Of a DNA stretch of 64,000 nucleotides, positions 1-10,363 are shown in pieces. The first letter of the stretch is position 1. Each line of letters opens with the position of its first letter. This DNA is from Gemmatimonadales bacterium. GTDB lineage: Bacteria; Gemmatimonadota; Gemmatimonadetes; Gemmatimonadales; GWC2-71-9. The stretch covers positions 8,165 to 72,164 of the forward strand of contig JBBSCB010000012.1 of NCBI GenBank assembly GCA_038250675.1, read 5' to 3'. The notes below the pieces were generated by a model. The model was not told the DNA's origin, searched no databases, and saw only the letters and a list, made by a program, of their open reading frames with translations. A program made the position numbers and the translations under genes.

Positions 1-3000
1 CACCGGCCTCCTGGCACTGGTGTGGCCCGACACCGCCGCGGCGCAGGGGCTGTTGATCCTGCTCGCGCTGATTCCGGTGAGCGAGATCGCGATCGGCACC
101 GCCAATCAGCTGGTCACGTTTCTGCTGCCCCCCGCCCGGCTCCCCAAGATGGAATTCCGCGAGCGCGGGCTGCCGGAGCAGTACCGCACCGTGGTCGTCG
201 TGCCGACCCTCCTGCCCAGTCTCGCCGTGGTGCACGAGCAGCTCGAGCACCTGGAAATCCAGTACCTGGCCAACCGCGATCCCAATCTGCAGTTCGCCAT
301 TCTGAGCGACTTCATCGACGCCGACGCCGAGCACACGCCCGGTGACGATGCGATCCTCGCGGCCGCGGCCGATGGCGTCCGCGCACTCAACCGGGCCTAC
401 GGCGGCGGCGCGGAACGCACCTTCTACCTGCTGCACCGGTCGCGGACCTGGAATCCGCGGCAGGGCGTCTGGATGGGCTGGGAACGCAAGCGCGGGAAGC
501 TCGCCCAGCTCAATGCCTTTTTGCTCGGTGGGCCGGAGACGCCGTTCACCACGATCGTCGGCGACCTCGCGCCGCTCCGCGGCGCCCGCTACGTGGTGAC
601 GCTCGATTCGGACACGACGCTGCCGCACGACACGGCCACATTGCTGGCCGGCACGCTGGCGCACCCGCTCAACCGCCCGCGGTACTCCGTCGAGGCCGGC
701 CGAGTCATCGACGGCTACGGCATCCTGCAGCCCCGCATCGGCGTGGCGCTCGCCAGCGCGTACCGCTCGCGGTTTGCCGCCATTCATTCGGGACACCCCG
801 GCGTCGACCCCTACACCACGGCCGTATCCGATGTCTACCAGGATCTCTATTGCGAGGGCAGCTACACCGGCAAGGGGATCTACGACGTCGAGACGTTCGA
901 GCGCGCCACCGCCGGCCGCTTTCCCGAGAACGCGCTCCTCAGCCATGACCTGATCGAGGGGGCCTTCGCGCGGGCCGCGCTGGCCACCGACCTCGAGCTC
1001 TTCGACGACTATCCCGCCAGCTATCTCTCGCACGCGCGACGCAAGCATCGCTGGATTCGGGGCGACTGGCAGCTCCTGCCCTGGCTCCGATCCCGGGTCC
1101 GCGGCGCCGCGGGTCCCGAGACCAACCCGCTGTCCACCATTTCCCGGTGGAAGATCCTGGACAACCTGCGGCGGAGTCTGCTGGAGCCGTCGCTGCTGGC
1201 GCTGCTGCTGGCGGGCTGGCTCCTGCTGCCCGGCTCCGCGCTCGTCTGGTGCGCTGTGGTGCTGGGCGTGCTGGCGTGGCCCTGGGCGTTCGGATTCTAT
1301 CTGGCGGCGATCCACCCGCCCTCCGACAAGTCGTGGCGCGGCTACTACGCGGCGGTGCTTCGCGATTTCCTGGCGAGCGGCCAGCAGTTTGTGCTCACCG
1401 CCATCTTCCTGCCGCATCAGGCGGCCCTCTCGGTCGACGCCATCGTCCGGACGCTGTACCGCCTGCGTGTCAGCCGGCGGCACCTCCTCGAATGGCAGAC
1501 CGCCTCACAGGTGGAACGGAAGGCGAGCGTGCTCCAGCGTGACGTGTGGCGGCGGATGGCCCCCGCACTCGCCATCGCGCTGGTAGTCGGCGCCATCGGT
1601 CTGCTGCGCGGCGATTTCCTCCCCATCCTCCCGCTGGCCGCGCTCTGGCTGGCATCACCGGCCATCGCGCGGTTCCTGGTGAAGCCGCCGCCGCAGCGTG
1701 AGCTCAGGCTTTCACCCAATGACCGGGTCACGGCGCGGCGCTACGCGCTCCTGCACTGGCGCTTCTTCGAGCAGTTCGTGACCGACGCCACCCACGGGCT
1801 CGCGCCGGACAACTTCCAGGAGACACCCGAACCGGTGGTCGCGGCCCGTACGTCGCCCACGAACATCGGACTGCAGCTCCTGTCCATCGTGACGGCGCGC
1901 GACCTGGGATTCATCACGACCCCAGGCATGATCGAGCGCCTGGAGGAAGTCTTCCGCTCGCTGCAGCGCATGCGCCGGCACCGGGGACACTTCTTCAACT
2001 GGTATGACCTCACCGATCTCCACGTGCTCGAGCCGGGCTATGTCTCCACGGTGGACAGCGGCAACCTCGCCGGCCACCTGCTCGCGCTGAAGCAGGCCTG
2101 CCTCGAGCCGGCCGACGAAGCGTCGCCCGCAACCATCCGCTCGGCCCTCCGCGCCGCGATCGGGCTCGCGCTGGAGCCGCTCGCCCAGCCACCGGCCGAC
2201 GACGGTGAGCCCCGGGAGCAGGCCCGGCTCCGCGCCCGGGCGCACGACGCGGCAGCGGATCAGCTGCGCGGGGCCCTCAAGGCGCTGGCCGGCTTTGAGC
2301 AGCCGGCGACGATGCGTGCTGCACTCGAGGGCGTACGCGATGCGGCGCGCGCCGCCGAGCGCGTGCTGGCCCCGGCGGACGATGCACCGGGCGCGGCCGT
2401 ACCCGATCATCTCTGGTGGATCCGCTGGGTGGTCGGCGCGTCGGAGCGTCGCCTCGCCGAACTGGGCCAGCCGGACGCCGCGCGCGAGGAGCGTACGGCG
2501 CGCCTCCGGGTGCTCGCGGCGCAGGCGCATGCGTACGCCATCGCGATGGACTTCCGCCTGCTGTTCGATCGTCGGCGCAAGCTCTTCTCGATCGGTTTCC
2601 GGGAGGCGACGGCGACACTCGATCCGTCGTACTACGACCTGCTGGCCTCGGAGGCGCGGCTCGCCAGCTTCGTCGCCATCGCCAAGGACGATGCCTCGCC
2701 GGAACACTGGTTCCGGCTCGGCCGCAGTCTCACGATGGAGCATGGAGCGACGGCGCTGGTGTCCTGGAGCGGCAGCATGTTCGAGTACCTCATGCCGCTG
2801 CTCGTCATGCGGGCGCTGCCCTACACGCTGCTCGATCAGACCCATCACGGCGCGGTCCGGCGGCACATGCTTTACGGCCGCGAGCAGGGCACGCCATGGG
2901 GGATCTCGGAGTCCGCCTACAACGTCCGCGACCGTCACGGCACCTACCAGTACCGGGCGTTCGGCGTCCCGGACCTGGCGCTCAAGCGGGGACTGGGCAA

Positions 3001-6000
3001 GGAGCTGGTTGTGGCTCCCTATGCGACGCTCCTCGCGCTGATGGTCGAGCCCCGCGCCGGCATGGAGAACCTCGGCGTGCTGGAGCGGGCCGGGACGCTG
3101 GGACCGTACGGGTTCCGCGATGCATTGGACTACTCGCGGCCGGAGCCGGAGACACGGGGCGGCACCGTGGTGTGCACCTACATGGCGCACCACATCGGCA
3201 TGGGGCTGGTGGCGCTGGCCAACGCGCTCGACGAGCAGCGGTGGCAGCGCCGCTTCCACTCCGACGCCCTGACCCGATCGGCCGAGCTGCTGCTGGCGGA
3301 GCGGATCCCGCGACGCTTCGTGGCGCAGGAGCCGCAGCCGGTGACAAGCACGGAAGGACGCGTGCGCGATGAGCGCGAGCGCCCCGCGGTCCGGGAATAC
3401 TCGACCGCCGACACCCGACAGCCGCAGGTGGCCCTCCTCGGCTCGCTGCCCTACACCGTCATGGTGACCAACGCGGGCGCGGGCTACAGCCGCTATGACC
3501 AGATGGCGGTGACCCGGTGGCGGGCCGACGGGACCCGCGACAATCATGGCCAGTGGTGCTACATCAAGGACCTGGACGACGGTCGCGTCTGGTCCGCGGG
3601 TCGCCAGCCGATAGGCGGCGAGCCGTCGAGCTATCACGCCGTGTTCGCCACTGATCGCGTCACGTTCCACCGGCGCGACGGCGACATCGAGACCCGGATG
3701 GAGATCGCCGTCGTGCCCGACGATCGCGCCGAGGTCCGCCGGATCACCCTCACCAATCATTCCTGGAGCCCGCGCGAGCTGGAGCTCACCAGCTACGGCG
3801 AGATCGTCCTGGAATCCCCCGATGCCGATCGAGCCCATCCCGCCTTCGGCAATCTCTTCGTCGAAACCGAATGGATCGCCACCCAGTCCGCCATTCTCGC
3901 CAGCCGCCGGCCCCGTTCGGCGCACGAAAACCGGCTCTGGTGCGCACACGTCGCCGCCGTCGAGCATGGCGCCCGCGGGGCGATCAGCTACGAGACCGAT
4001 CGCGCCCGGTTCATCGGCCGCGGGCGGACGGTGGCCAATCCCGCCGCGCTCGACGACGGCGCCCGGCTTTCCGGCTCGGCCGGCGCCGTGCTGGATCCGA
4101 TCTTTGCGCTCCGGGTCCGGGTGCGGGTGCCCGCGGGCCGCTCGGCCAAGGTGGCCTTCACCACGCTGGTGGACACCGAACGGGACCGCGCCATCGAGCT
4201 GGCCGACCGGTACAACGACCTCTACGGCGCGCAGCGCGCGTTCGACCTGTCGTGGACCCGCTCACAGATGGAGCTCCAGGACGTCGGCGCGAGCGCAACC
4301 GATGCGGCGCTCTTTCAGCAGATCGCCGGCTATCTGCTCTATCCGCATCCGGGTGTGCGTGCCTCGGCCGACGAGCTGGCGCGCAATACCCGCAGCCAGG
4401 AGGCGCTGTGGGCCTACGGCATCTCGGGCGATCTGCCCATCCTGCTGGCCCTCATTCATTCGCTGGACGGGATCGACAGCGTGCGCCAGCTGCTGAACGC
4501 GCACTACTACTGGCGGCTCCATGGCATGGCGGTGGACCTGGTCATCCTCAACACCAATCCGCCCACCTACCTCCAGGACCTGGCGGACGAGATCCTCTCG
4601 GTGGTGCGGAGCTCGACTGAGGCGGCCTATGCGGATCAGCCGGGCGGCGTGTTCATCCGCCGGCAGGAGCTGCTCTCGCCGGACGACGTGGCGCTGCTCC
4701 GCGCCGTGGCCCGCGTGCATATCGTCTGCGACGGCCTCGGCATCGGTGCCGTGCGCGACTTGCCGGACGCGCCGCTGGACTATCCGGCGCCGTTTACGCC
4801 GACGGCCGGCACGGCCGCCACCCGCAAGGTCCGCCGCGCCATCGCCGGCAATCCCGAGCCGGCCCCGCGAAGCGAGCAGCCGGCCCAGGCACTCTCGCTG
4901 TTCAACGGCACCGGCGGGCTCACGCCATCGCTCGGCTACGAGATCCGGCTGAGCGGCACGGCGCTGCCGCCCGCGCCCTGGGCCAACGTGGTGGCCAATC
5001 CGCGCGTCGGATTCGTCGTCACCGAAAGCGGCGGCGGCTTCACCTGGGTGGAGAACAGCTTCTTCTTCCGGCTGACCCCCTGGTCCAACGATCCGGTCAC
5101 CGACCCGCCGGCCGACATCATCTATCTCCGCGACGAAGACACCGGGGAGATCTGGAGCGCCACGCCGGCGCCCATCCGTCACCCCACGCCCTATGTCACG
5201 CGGCACGACGCCGGCGCCACGGTGTTTTCCCACGAGCACACCAATATCGCCACCACGCTGACGCTGGCCGTGCCGGAAGATGACCCGGTGCGCATCGGCC
5301 AGCTGGCCATCGCCAATCACGGCACCACGCCGCGGCGCATCGGCGTCGTGAGCTATCTCGAATGGACCCTCGGCGTCAATCGGGAACGGACGCAGTACAC
5401 GACGCAGACGCGGTTCGACCGGGCCAGCCAGGCGATCTTTGCGCAGAACTATTTCGAGAAACTGTTCGCCGACCAGGTGGCCTTCAGCTGGATGAGCGCG
5501 CCGCTGGTGAGTCATACCGCCGACCGCAGGGAATTCCTGGGACGCAACGGCAGCCCGGCGCAGCCGGACGGGCTGACGCGCCAGCGGCTGGCGGAGCGCA
5601 CCGGCGCCGACCTCGATCCGTGCGCCGCGCTCCAGAGCGTCCTGACCATTCCACCCGGCGGGGAGGTGGAAGTCGTGTTGCTCCTCGGTGCAGCCCGCGG
5701 CGTGGAGGCGGCGCGCGCGCTGATCGATCGCTACCGCCCGACGGGCGCGGCCGCGGCCGCCGTGGCGACGGCCGCACGCGCATGGGAACACCGGCTCGGC
5801 GTCATCCGGGTGCGGACGCCCTCGCCCGAGTTCGATGCCGTGCTCAACCGCTGGACGTTCTACCAGGCGCTCGCCTGCCGGATGTGGGCCCGCTCAGCCC
5901 TGTATCAGTCGAGCGGCGCCTACGGGTTCCGCGACCAGCTCCAGGACGGCATGGCCTTCGTGTACGCCGAGCCCGGCATCACGCGCGCGCACATCGTCGA

Positions 6001-7303
6001 ATCCGCGGGTCGTCAGTTCGTCGAGGGGGACGTGCAGCACTGGTGGCACCCGCAAAGCGGTCGCGGCGTCCGCACACGGTTCTCCGACGACCTGGTGTGG
6101 CTGGCCTTCTGCACCGAGCAGTACGTGCGCGTCACCGGCGATCAGTCGGTGCTCGATGAATCGGCGCCGTTCCTGCGCATGCGGGCGCTGGCCGAGGGTG
6201 AGGACGAAGCGTACGATCTGCCGCAGGACTCGGGTGAGCGGGGCACCGTGTATCAGCATTGCCTCCGGGCGCTTCGGAAGGCGGCCACCCGCGGCGTGCA
6301 TGGCCTGCCGCTCATCGGCTCAGGCGACTGGAACGACGGCATGAATCGCGTCGGGCACGAGGGGCGGGGCGAAAGCGTATGGCTCGCCTGGTTTCTCATC
6401 GATACGCTCCGCGGGTTCGCCGGCATCGCCGCCCGGCGCGGCGACGGCGCGGCCGCCGGCGAGCTCAACGGGATCGCCGATGGCTACACCGCCGCCGTGG
6501 ACAGCTCGGCCTGGGATGGCGCGTGGTACCGCCGGGCCTACTTCGATGACGGCACCCCGCTGGGCACCGTCGAGGCGGAGGAATGCCGGATCGACTCGAT
6601 CGCGCAGAGCTGGAGCGTCATCTCGGGCGCCGGCGCGGCCGAGCGGCAGAGTCAGGCGATGGCTTCACTCGAGACCAATCTCGTCCGGGACGACGCGCGG
6701 CTCATCATGCTGCTGACTCCGCCCTTCGACCACATGTCGCATGATCCGGGCTACATCAAGGGATACGTGCCCGGTGTGCGTGAGAACGGCGCGCAATACA
6801 CCCACGCCGCGCTCTGGGCCGTGCTTGCCACCGCGCTTCGCGGCGATGGCGAGCGCGCATTTGCTCTCTTCCAGATGCTCAACCCGTTCACCCACGCGGC
6901 CGACGCGGCAGCGGTGGACCGCTACAAGGTCGAGCCCTATGTCGTCGCTGCCGACATCTACACGGCCGACGGACACCTGGGACGCGGCGGCTGGACCTGG
7001 TATACCGGGTCCGCCGCGTGGATGTACCGCGTGGGACTCGAAGCCATCATGGGCTTCCTCAAGGAGGGCGAGACGCTCACGCTCGATCCGCATATTCCGG
7101 CCGCCTGGGACGGCTTCGAGCTGGAGTACCGGCACGGGCGTGCGACGTATGCGGTCTCGGTGCGGAATCCGGCCCATGTGACGGCCGGCGTTAGTCGGGT
7201 GGTCGCGGACGGCATCGAGCTGCCGAACGGACGGATCCCGCTGGCCGATGATGGTGCACGGCACGACGTCGAGGTCACGCTGGGGGCGCGCCGCGGCGCC
7301 TGA
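1..7303 (+). CDS. ndvB: Cyclic beta-1,2-glucan synthase / GH94 phosphorylase (NdvB/Cgs-like), 5' end outside the window
   Basis: >2400-aa ORF with GWERKRGKL, TLDSDT, SHDLIEG, RWIRGDWQL (GT84-like), LLASEARL, SWSGSMFEYLMP, then GH94-like GAYGFRDQLQD, GDWNDGMN, GVRENGAQYTH, GGWTWYTGSA. Confidence 0.88.
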   Translation, partial: TGLLALVWPDTAAAQGLLILLALIPVSEIAIGTANQLVTFLLPPARLPKMEFRERGLPEQYRTVVVVPTLLPSLAVVHEQLEHLEIQYLANRDPNLQFAILSDFIDADAEHTPGDDAILAAAADGVRALNRAYGGGAERTFYLLHRSRTWNPRQGVWMGWERKRGKLAQLNAFLLGGPETPFTTIVGDLAPLRGARYVVTLDSDTTLPHDTATLLAGTLAHPLNRPRYSVEAGRVIDGYGILQPRIGVALASAYRSRFAAIHSGHPGVDPYTTAVSDVYQDLYCEGSYTGKGIYDVETFERATAGRFPENALLSHDLIEGAFARAALATDLELFDDYPASYLSHARRKHRWIRGDWQLLPWLRSRVRGAAGPETNPLSTISRWKILDNLRRSLLEPSLLALLLAGWLLLPGSALVWCAVVLGVLAWPWAFGFYLAAIHPPSDKSWRGYYAAVLRDFLASGQQFVLTAIFLPHQAALSVDAIVRTLYRLRVSRRHLLEWQTASQVERKASVLQRDVWRRMAPALAIALVVGAIGLLRGDFLPILPLAALWLASPAIARFLVKPPPQRELRLSPNDRVTARRYALLHWRFFEQFVTDATHGLAPDNFQETPEPVVAARTSPTNIGLQLLSIVTARDLGFITTPGMIERLEEVFRSLQRMRRHRGHFFNWYDLTDLHVLEPGYVSTVDSGNLAGHLLALKQACLEPADEASPATIRSALRAAIGLALEPLAQPPADDGEPREQARLRARAHDAAADQLRGALKALAGFEQPATMRAALEGVRDAARAAERVLAPADDAPGAAVPDHLWWIRWVVGASERRLAELGQPDAAREERTARLRVLAAQAHAYAIAMDFRLLFDRRRKLFSIGFREATATLDPSYYDLLASEARLASFVAIAKDDASPEHWFRLGRSLTMEHGATALVSWSGSMFEYLMPLLVMRALPYTLLDQTHHGAVRRHMLYGREQGTPWGISESAYNVRDRHGTYQYRAFGVPDLALKRGLGKELVVAPYATLLALMVEPRAGMENLGVLERAGTLGPYGFRDALDYSRPEPETRGGTVVCTYMAHHIGMGLVALANALDEQRWQRRFHSDALTRSAELLLAERIPRRFVAQEPQPVTSTEGRVRDERERPAVREYSTADTRQPQVALLGSLPYTVMVTNAGAGYSRYDQMAVTRWRADGTRDNHGQWCYIKDLDDGRVWSAGRQPIGGEPSSYHAVFATDRVTFHRRDGDIETRMEIAVVPDDRAEVRRITLTNHSWSPRELELTSYGEIVLESPDADRAHPAFGNLFVETEWIATQSAILASRRPRSAHENRLWCAHVAAVEHGARGAISYETDRARFIGRGRTVANPAALDDGARLSGSAGAVLDPIFALRVRVRVPAGRSAKVAFTTLVDTERDRAIELADRYNDLYGAQRAFDLSWTRSQMELQDVGASATDAALFQQIAGYLLYPHPGVRASADELARNTRSQEALWAYGISGDLPILLALIHSLDGIDSVRQLLNAHYYWRLHGMAVDLVILNTNPPTYLQDLADEILSVVRSSTEAAYADQPGGVFIRRQELLSPDDVALLRAVARVHIVCDGLGIGAVRDLPDAPLDYPAPFTPTAGTAATRKVRRAIAGNPEPAPRSEQPAQALSLFNGTGGLTPSLGYEIRLSGTALPPAPWANVVANPRVGFVVTESGGGFTWVENSFFFRLTPWSNDPVTDPPADIIYLRDEDTGEIWSATPAPIRHPTPYVTRHDAGATVFSHEHTNIATTLTLAVPEDDPVRIGQLAIANHGTTPRRIGVVSYLEWTLGVNRERTQYTTQTRFDRASQAIFAQNYFEKLFADQVAFSWMSAPLVSHTADRREFLGRNGSPAQPDGLTRQRLAERTGADLDPCAALQSVLTIPPGGEVEVVLLLGAARGVEAARALIDRYRPTGAAAAAVATAARAWEHRLGVIRVRTPSPEFDAVLNRWTFYQALACRMWARSALYQSSGAYGFRDQLQDGMAFVYAEPGITRAHIVESAGRQFVEGDVQHWWHPQSGRGVRTRFSDDLVWLAFCTEQYVRVTGDQSVLDESAPFLRMRALAEGEDEAYDLPQDSGERGTVYQHCLRALRKAATRGVHGLPLIGSGDWNDGMNRVGHEGRGESVWLAWFLIDTLRGFAGIAARRGDGAAAGELNGIADGYTAAVDSSAWDGAWYRRAYFDDGTPLGTVEAEECRIDSIAQSWSVISGAGAAERQSQAMASLETNLVRDDARLIMLLTPPFDHMSHDPGYIKGYVPGVRENGAQYTHAALWAVLATALRGDGERAFALFQMLNPFTHAADAAAVDRYKVEPYVVAADIYTADGHLGRGGWTWYTGSAAWMYRVGLEAIMGFLKEGETLTLDPHIPAAWDGFELEYRHGRATYAVSVRNPAHVTAGVSRVVADGIELPNGRIPLADDGARHDVEVTLGARRGA

Positions 7304-7318
7304 GCCCGCGGCAACCCC

Positions 7319-7346
7319 TTGCATTTCGGGATTTGTTCGGTAAACT
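7319..7346 (+). promoter_or_regulatory. Putative sigma70 promoter of the radical SAM gene
   Basis: TTGCAT-16nt-TAAACT in an AT-rich patch upstream of ATG 7375. Confidence 0.35.
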
Positions 7347-7374
7347 GAGACCGGCCCCGAACCGCGAGATATCG

Positions 7375-8646
7375 ATGTCCCTGCCATCCCTGGAAGACCG
7401 CCTGAAGACCCTGATGGCGGATGCCGCTGATGACCGTGAGTCGGCCACTTCCCCCCGCCCCCTCCCTCCGCGGCTGCGGCACGCCGATGACGTGGGCGCC
7501 CTGCGTCCTCTCAATATCCGGGACCTCCGGGTGGGCGGCGGCCGGCGGCGGCTGCTCCGCATCCTGATGACCAACGCGTGCAGCTTCAACTGCCACTACT
7601 GCCCCATGCGTCGCGACCGCAACATGCCGCGGACGCTGCTCAAGCCCGCCGAGCTGGCGAGGATCTTTGCCGGGGCGGTGCGCCGCGGATGGTGCGACGG
7701 CCTGTTCGTCACCACCGGCATTCCCGGACGCCCGGTCAAGGTGATGGACGACCTGATCACGGCGCTCGAGCTCATTCGCGAGCGCGACCGCTTCACCGGC
7801 TACATCCACGTCAAGATCGTGCCCGGCGCCGAGGCCGCGCAGGTGGACCGGCTGACGCAGCTCGCCAGCCGGGCATCGGTCAATCTCGAGGCGCCGTGCG
7901 GCGCCTCGCTGGCCCAGATCGCCCCCGACAAGACGTTTGCCGTCACCCTGGCCGCGCTCGAGCGGGCCCGCGCGCAGGTCGTGGCCAACCGGGCGGAAGA
8001 GGCCGCCGGACGCCCGCGGGACCGCCTGCATCCGGGCGGCACCGCCGGCATCACGATGCAGTTCGTCGTCGGCGCCACACCGGACACCGATCGGACGATC
8101 CTGGATCGGGTTACCGGGCTCTATGCCGGCGGCGGCATGCATCACTCGCAGTTCAGCGCGTTCCGCCCCATTCACGACACACCAATGGAGGGCGTGCGCG
8201 CCACGCCGGCACTCCGCGAGCACCGGCTCTATCAGGCGGACCATCTGCTGCGGGGATATGGCTTCAGCGCGGATGAGGTTGTCTACGACGAGAGCGGCAA
8301 CCTGCCGCTCGCGGCAGACCCCAAGGCGGCATGGGCCCTCGCACACCCGGAGCGGTTTCCCATCGAGGTACGCACGGCGTCACGAGAGGAGCTGATCCGC
8401 GTCCCCGGCATCGGCCCGGGTACCGCCAGGCGCATCGTCACCGAGCGCGCGGCCACGCCCATCCGGTCTCTGGCTGACCTTCGCCACCTCGGCGCGGTCA
8501 CGGGCCGTGCCGCCGGGTTCATTACAATCGGCGGCCGGCTGATGCAGAACATCCGGTGGGCGGAACAGATGGGATTCTGGTCGGAAGATGAGGAGGCGGG
8601 ACGCTACCAGCTGACCTATAGCGTGAGCCCGGGCACCTTTCGCTGA
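7375..8646 (+). CDS. Putative DNA modification/repair radical SAM protein with C-terminal helix-hairpin-helix
   Basis: CxxxCxxC (CSFNCHYC), GYIHVKIVPGA, REHRLYQADHLLRGYGF, DPKAAWAL, HhH motif RVPGIGP. Confidence 0.85.
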   Translation: MSLPSLEDRLKTLMADAADDRESATSPRPLPPRLRHADDVGALRPLNIRDLRVGGGRRRLLRILMTNACSFNCHYCPMRRDRNMPRTLLKPAELARIFAGAVRRGWCDGLFVTTGIPGRPVKVMDDLITALELIRERDRFTGYIHVKIVPGAEAAQVDRLTQLASRASVNLEAPCGASLAQIAPDKTFAVTLAALERARAQVVANRAEEAAGRPRDRLHPGGTAGITMQFVVGATPDTDRTILDRVTGLYAGGGMHHSQFSAFRPIHDTPMEGVRATPALREHRLYQADHLLRGYGFSADEVVYDESGNLPLAADPKAAWALAHPERFPIEVRTASREELIRVPGIGPGTARRIVTERAATPIRSLADLRHLGAVTGRAAGFITIGGRLMQNIRWAEQMGFWSEDEEAGRYQLTYSVSPGTFR

Positions 8647-8732
8647 TCGCGACAGTCAGCGAACGATCTACCCAGCGGCAGGCCGGCCCGGACAGGTCCG
8701 CTGTCGGTGTCGCCGCTACTGCGGCCCGCGGC

Positions 8733-8993
8733 TCACGTGCAGTGCCACTCCGCCAGCCGCCGTGGCGCGCCGTGGCGGTTGTGGGTCCGGTCCCAGCGCA
8801 CATGACCGGTCTTTCCAGCCCAGACGTCGGCGGCGGCCTCGTCGGCATCCGGGTATGCGCCCAGCCATTCATCATCGAGCCAGAGCGTCACGCCGGCATC
8901 GGCCCGGGCGACGATCCGGAACGTGCCGATGCCGGTCGGAAAGCTGTAGGTGCCGGCGGCGTCAAAGACGTCGGTATTCTCGTGATCAGGCAT
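8733..8993 (-). CDS. Small hypothetical protein (86 aa)
   Basis: ATG at 8993; protein-like composition (LWLDDEWLGAYPDADEAAADVWAGKTG). Confidence 0.55.
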   Translation of the reverse strand: MPDHENTDVFDAAGTYSFPTGIGTFRIVARADAGVTLWLDDEWLGAYPDADEAAADVWAGKTGHVRWDRTHNRHGAPRRLAEWHCT

Positions 8994-9230
8994 CGGTACC
9001 CCCGTCGGCTGGTGCTGCGCTGGTCCGGAAATCGCAGAGTCGCGCTCCCCAGCCGCATCCCGCGCCCGCGCCGCCTGAAACCCTCGCCTTTCAATATACC
9101 GCAAGCGACGGCCTGGCGACGGCAGCGGCGCACAGCGGCGTCGCGCGAACCCCATCCCGGATTCCCCCGACTCGCGCCAGCCCGCCAGGATGCAGGGATC
9201 GAGCGGAGACCCAACGCTTTCGGGGATCGC

Positions 9231-9332
9231 GCCTTCGGCCGCTGGTTCTTCCGGATCGTGGTCAACCGCGCCACAACGCGCTGGCCGAGGTGGCCGGCAT
9301 GCTCGACATCACCGAGCCGGCGGTTCGCTCGA
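9231..9332 (+). pseudogene. Collapsed ECF sigma-70 factor remnant
   Basis: AFGRWFFRIVVNRA (region 2-like) followed, in another frame, by LAEVAGMLDITEPAVRS (region 4-like). Confidence 0.55.
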
Positions 9333-9411
9333 CCGGTGGGTGCGCCGGTCGCCACACGCCGAATCCGCAGCGCAGAGCTATGTTCCCTCGCCATCCCCCA
9401 CGGAGATCCGC

Positions 9412-10362
9412 ATGCGCTTCCGCCGTCTCGCCGGCTGGGTTGCCGTCACCGTCTGCCTCATTGCGGCCGCGCTGCTGGTGGCGTTCGCCGTGAAGGATCC
9501 CGAGCGCCGCACGCTCGACGCCAAGGCCCGCGAGGGAGTCGCTGGCAGTTTCGTCTCGCTGCAGGACGGCGTGACCCACTACGAGACGGCGGGGCCGGAC
9601 AGCGGGCGCGTCGTGGTGCTGGCCGCCGGCATGTCGGTCCCCGCGTACATCTGGGATCCACTCTTTCAGACGCTGGCCGACTCCGGCTACCGCGTCATCC
9701 GCTACGACTACTATGGGCGCGGCTGGTCCGACCGGCCGGCCATCGACTATTCGCAGGATCTGTACGTGCGGCAGCTCGCCGGCCTCCTGGATTCGCTGGG
9801 TGTGCCGGGCCCGGTCACGCTGGGCGGCGTGTCGTTCGGCGGCAGCGTGATCACGGGGTTTGCCGCGCGACACCCCGATCGTGTGCGGTCGCTCATCTAC
9901 GTCGATCCGGGCATCGTGGCGCCGTTCACGCCGCCATTGAAGCTCCGCTCATCGCTGCGCTGGAACATCGACATGATCCTGGGCGGCGGCAGCGATGCGA
10001 TGGCCACCGGTCAGCTCGACGACTTCCTCCATCCGGAGCGGCAGCCAGATTGGGTCGCGCGCTATCGAGTGCAGCAGCGGCTCAAGGGAACGCGGGCCGC
10101 GATCCGTGCGGCGCGAATGGGCATTGCCACCGGGCCGGATGTACGGGAGCAGCTCCGCCGGGTCGGCACGGTGGCGCGGCCGGTGCTGCTCATCTGGGGC
10201 CGGGAAGATCACACCGTGCCGATCGCCCGGAGCGATTCGGTGCGCGCCGCCCTTCCGCTGGCGGTGTGGGTGCCGGTCGACTCCGCGGGGCACCTGCCGT
10301 TCATCGAGCGGCCCGACGTGGTGGTACCGGCGGTGATGGCCTTTCTTCGGGCCGGCGGGTGA
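9412..10362 (+). CDS. Alpha/beta fold hydrolase with N-terminal membrane anchor
   Basis: YDYYGRGWS, nucleophile elbow GVSFGG, WGRED, AGH. Confidence 0.88.
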   Translation: MRFRRLAGWVAVTVCLIAAALLVAFAVKDPERRTLDAKAREGVAGSFVSLQDGVTHYETAGPDSGRVVVLAAGMSVPAYIWDPLFQTLADSGYRVIRYDYYGRGWSDRPAIDYSQDLYVRQLAGLLDSLGVPGPVTLGGVSFGGSVITGFAARHPDRVRSLIYVDPGIVAPFTPPLKLRSSLRWNIDMILGGGSDAMATGQLDDFLHPERQPDWVARYRVQQRLKGTRAAIRAARMGIATGPDVREQLRRVGTVARPVLLIWGREDHTVPIARSDSVRAALPLAVWVPVDSAGHLPFIERPDVVVPAVMAFLRAGG

Positions 10363-10363
10363 C

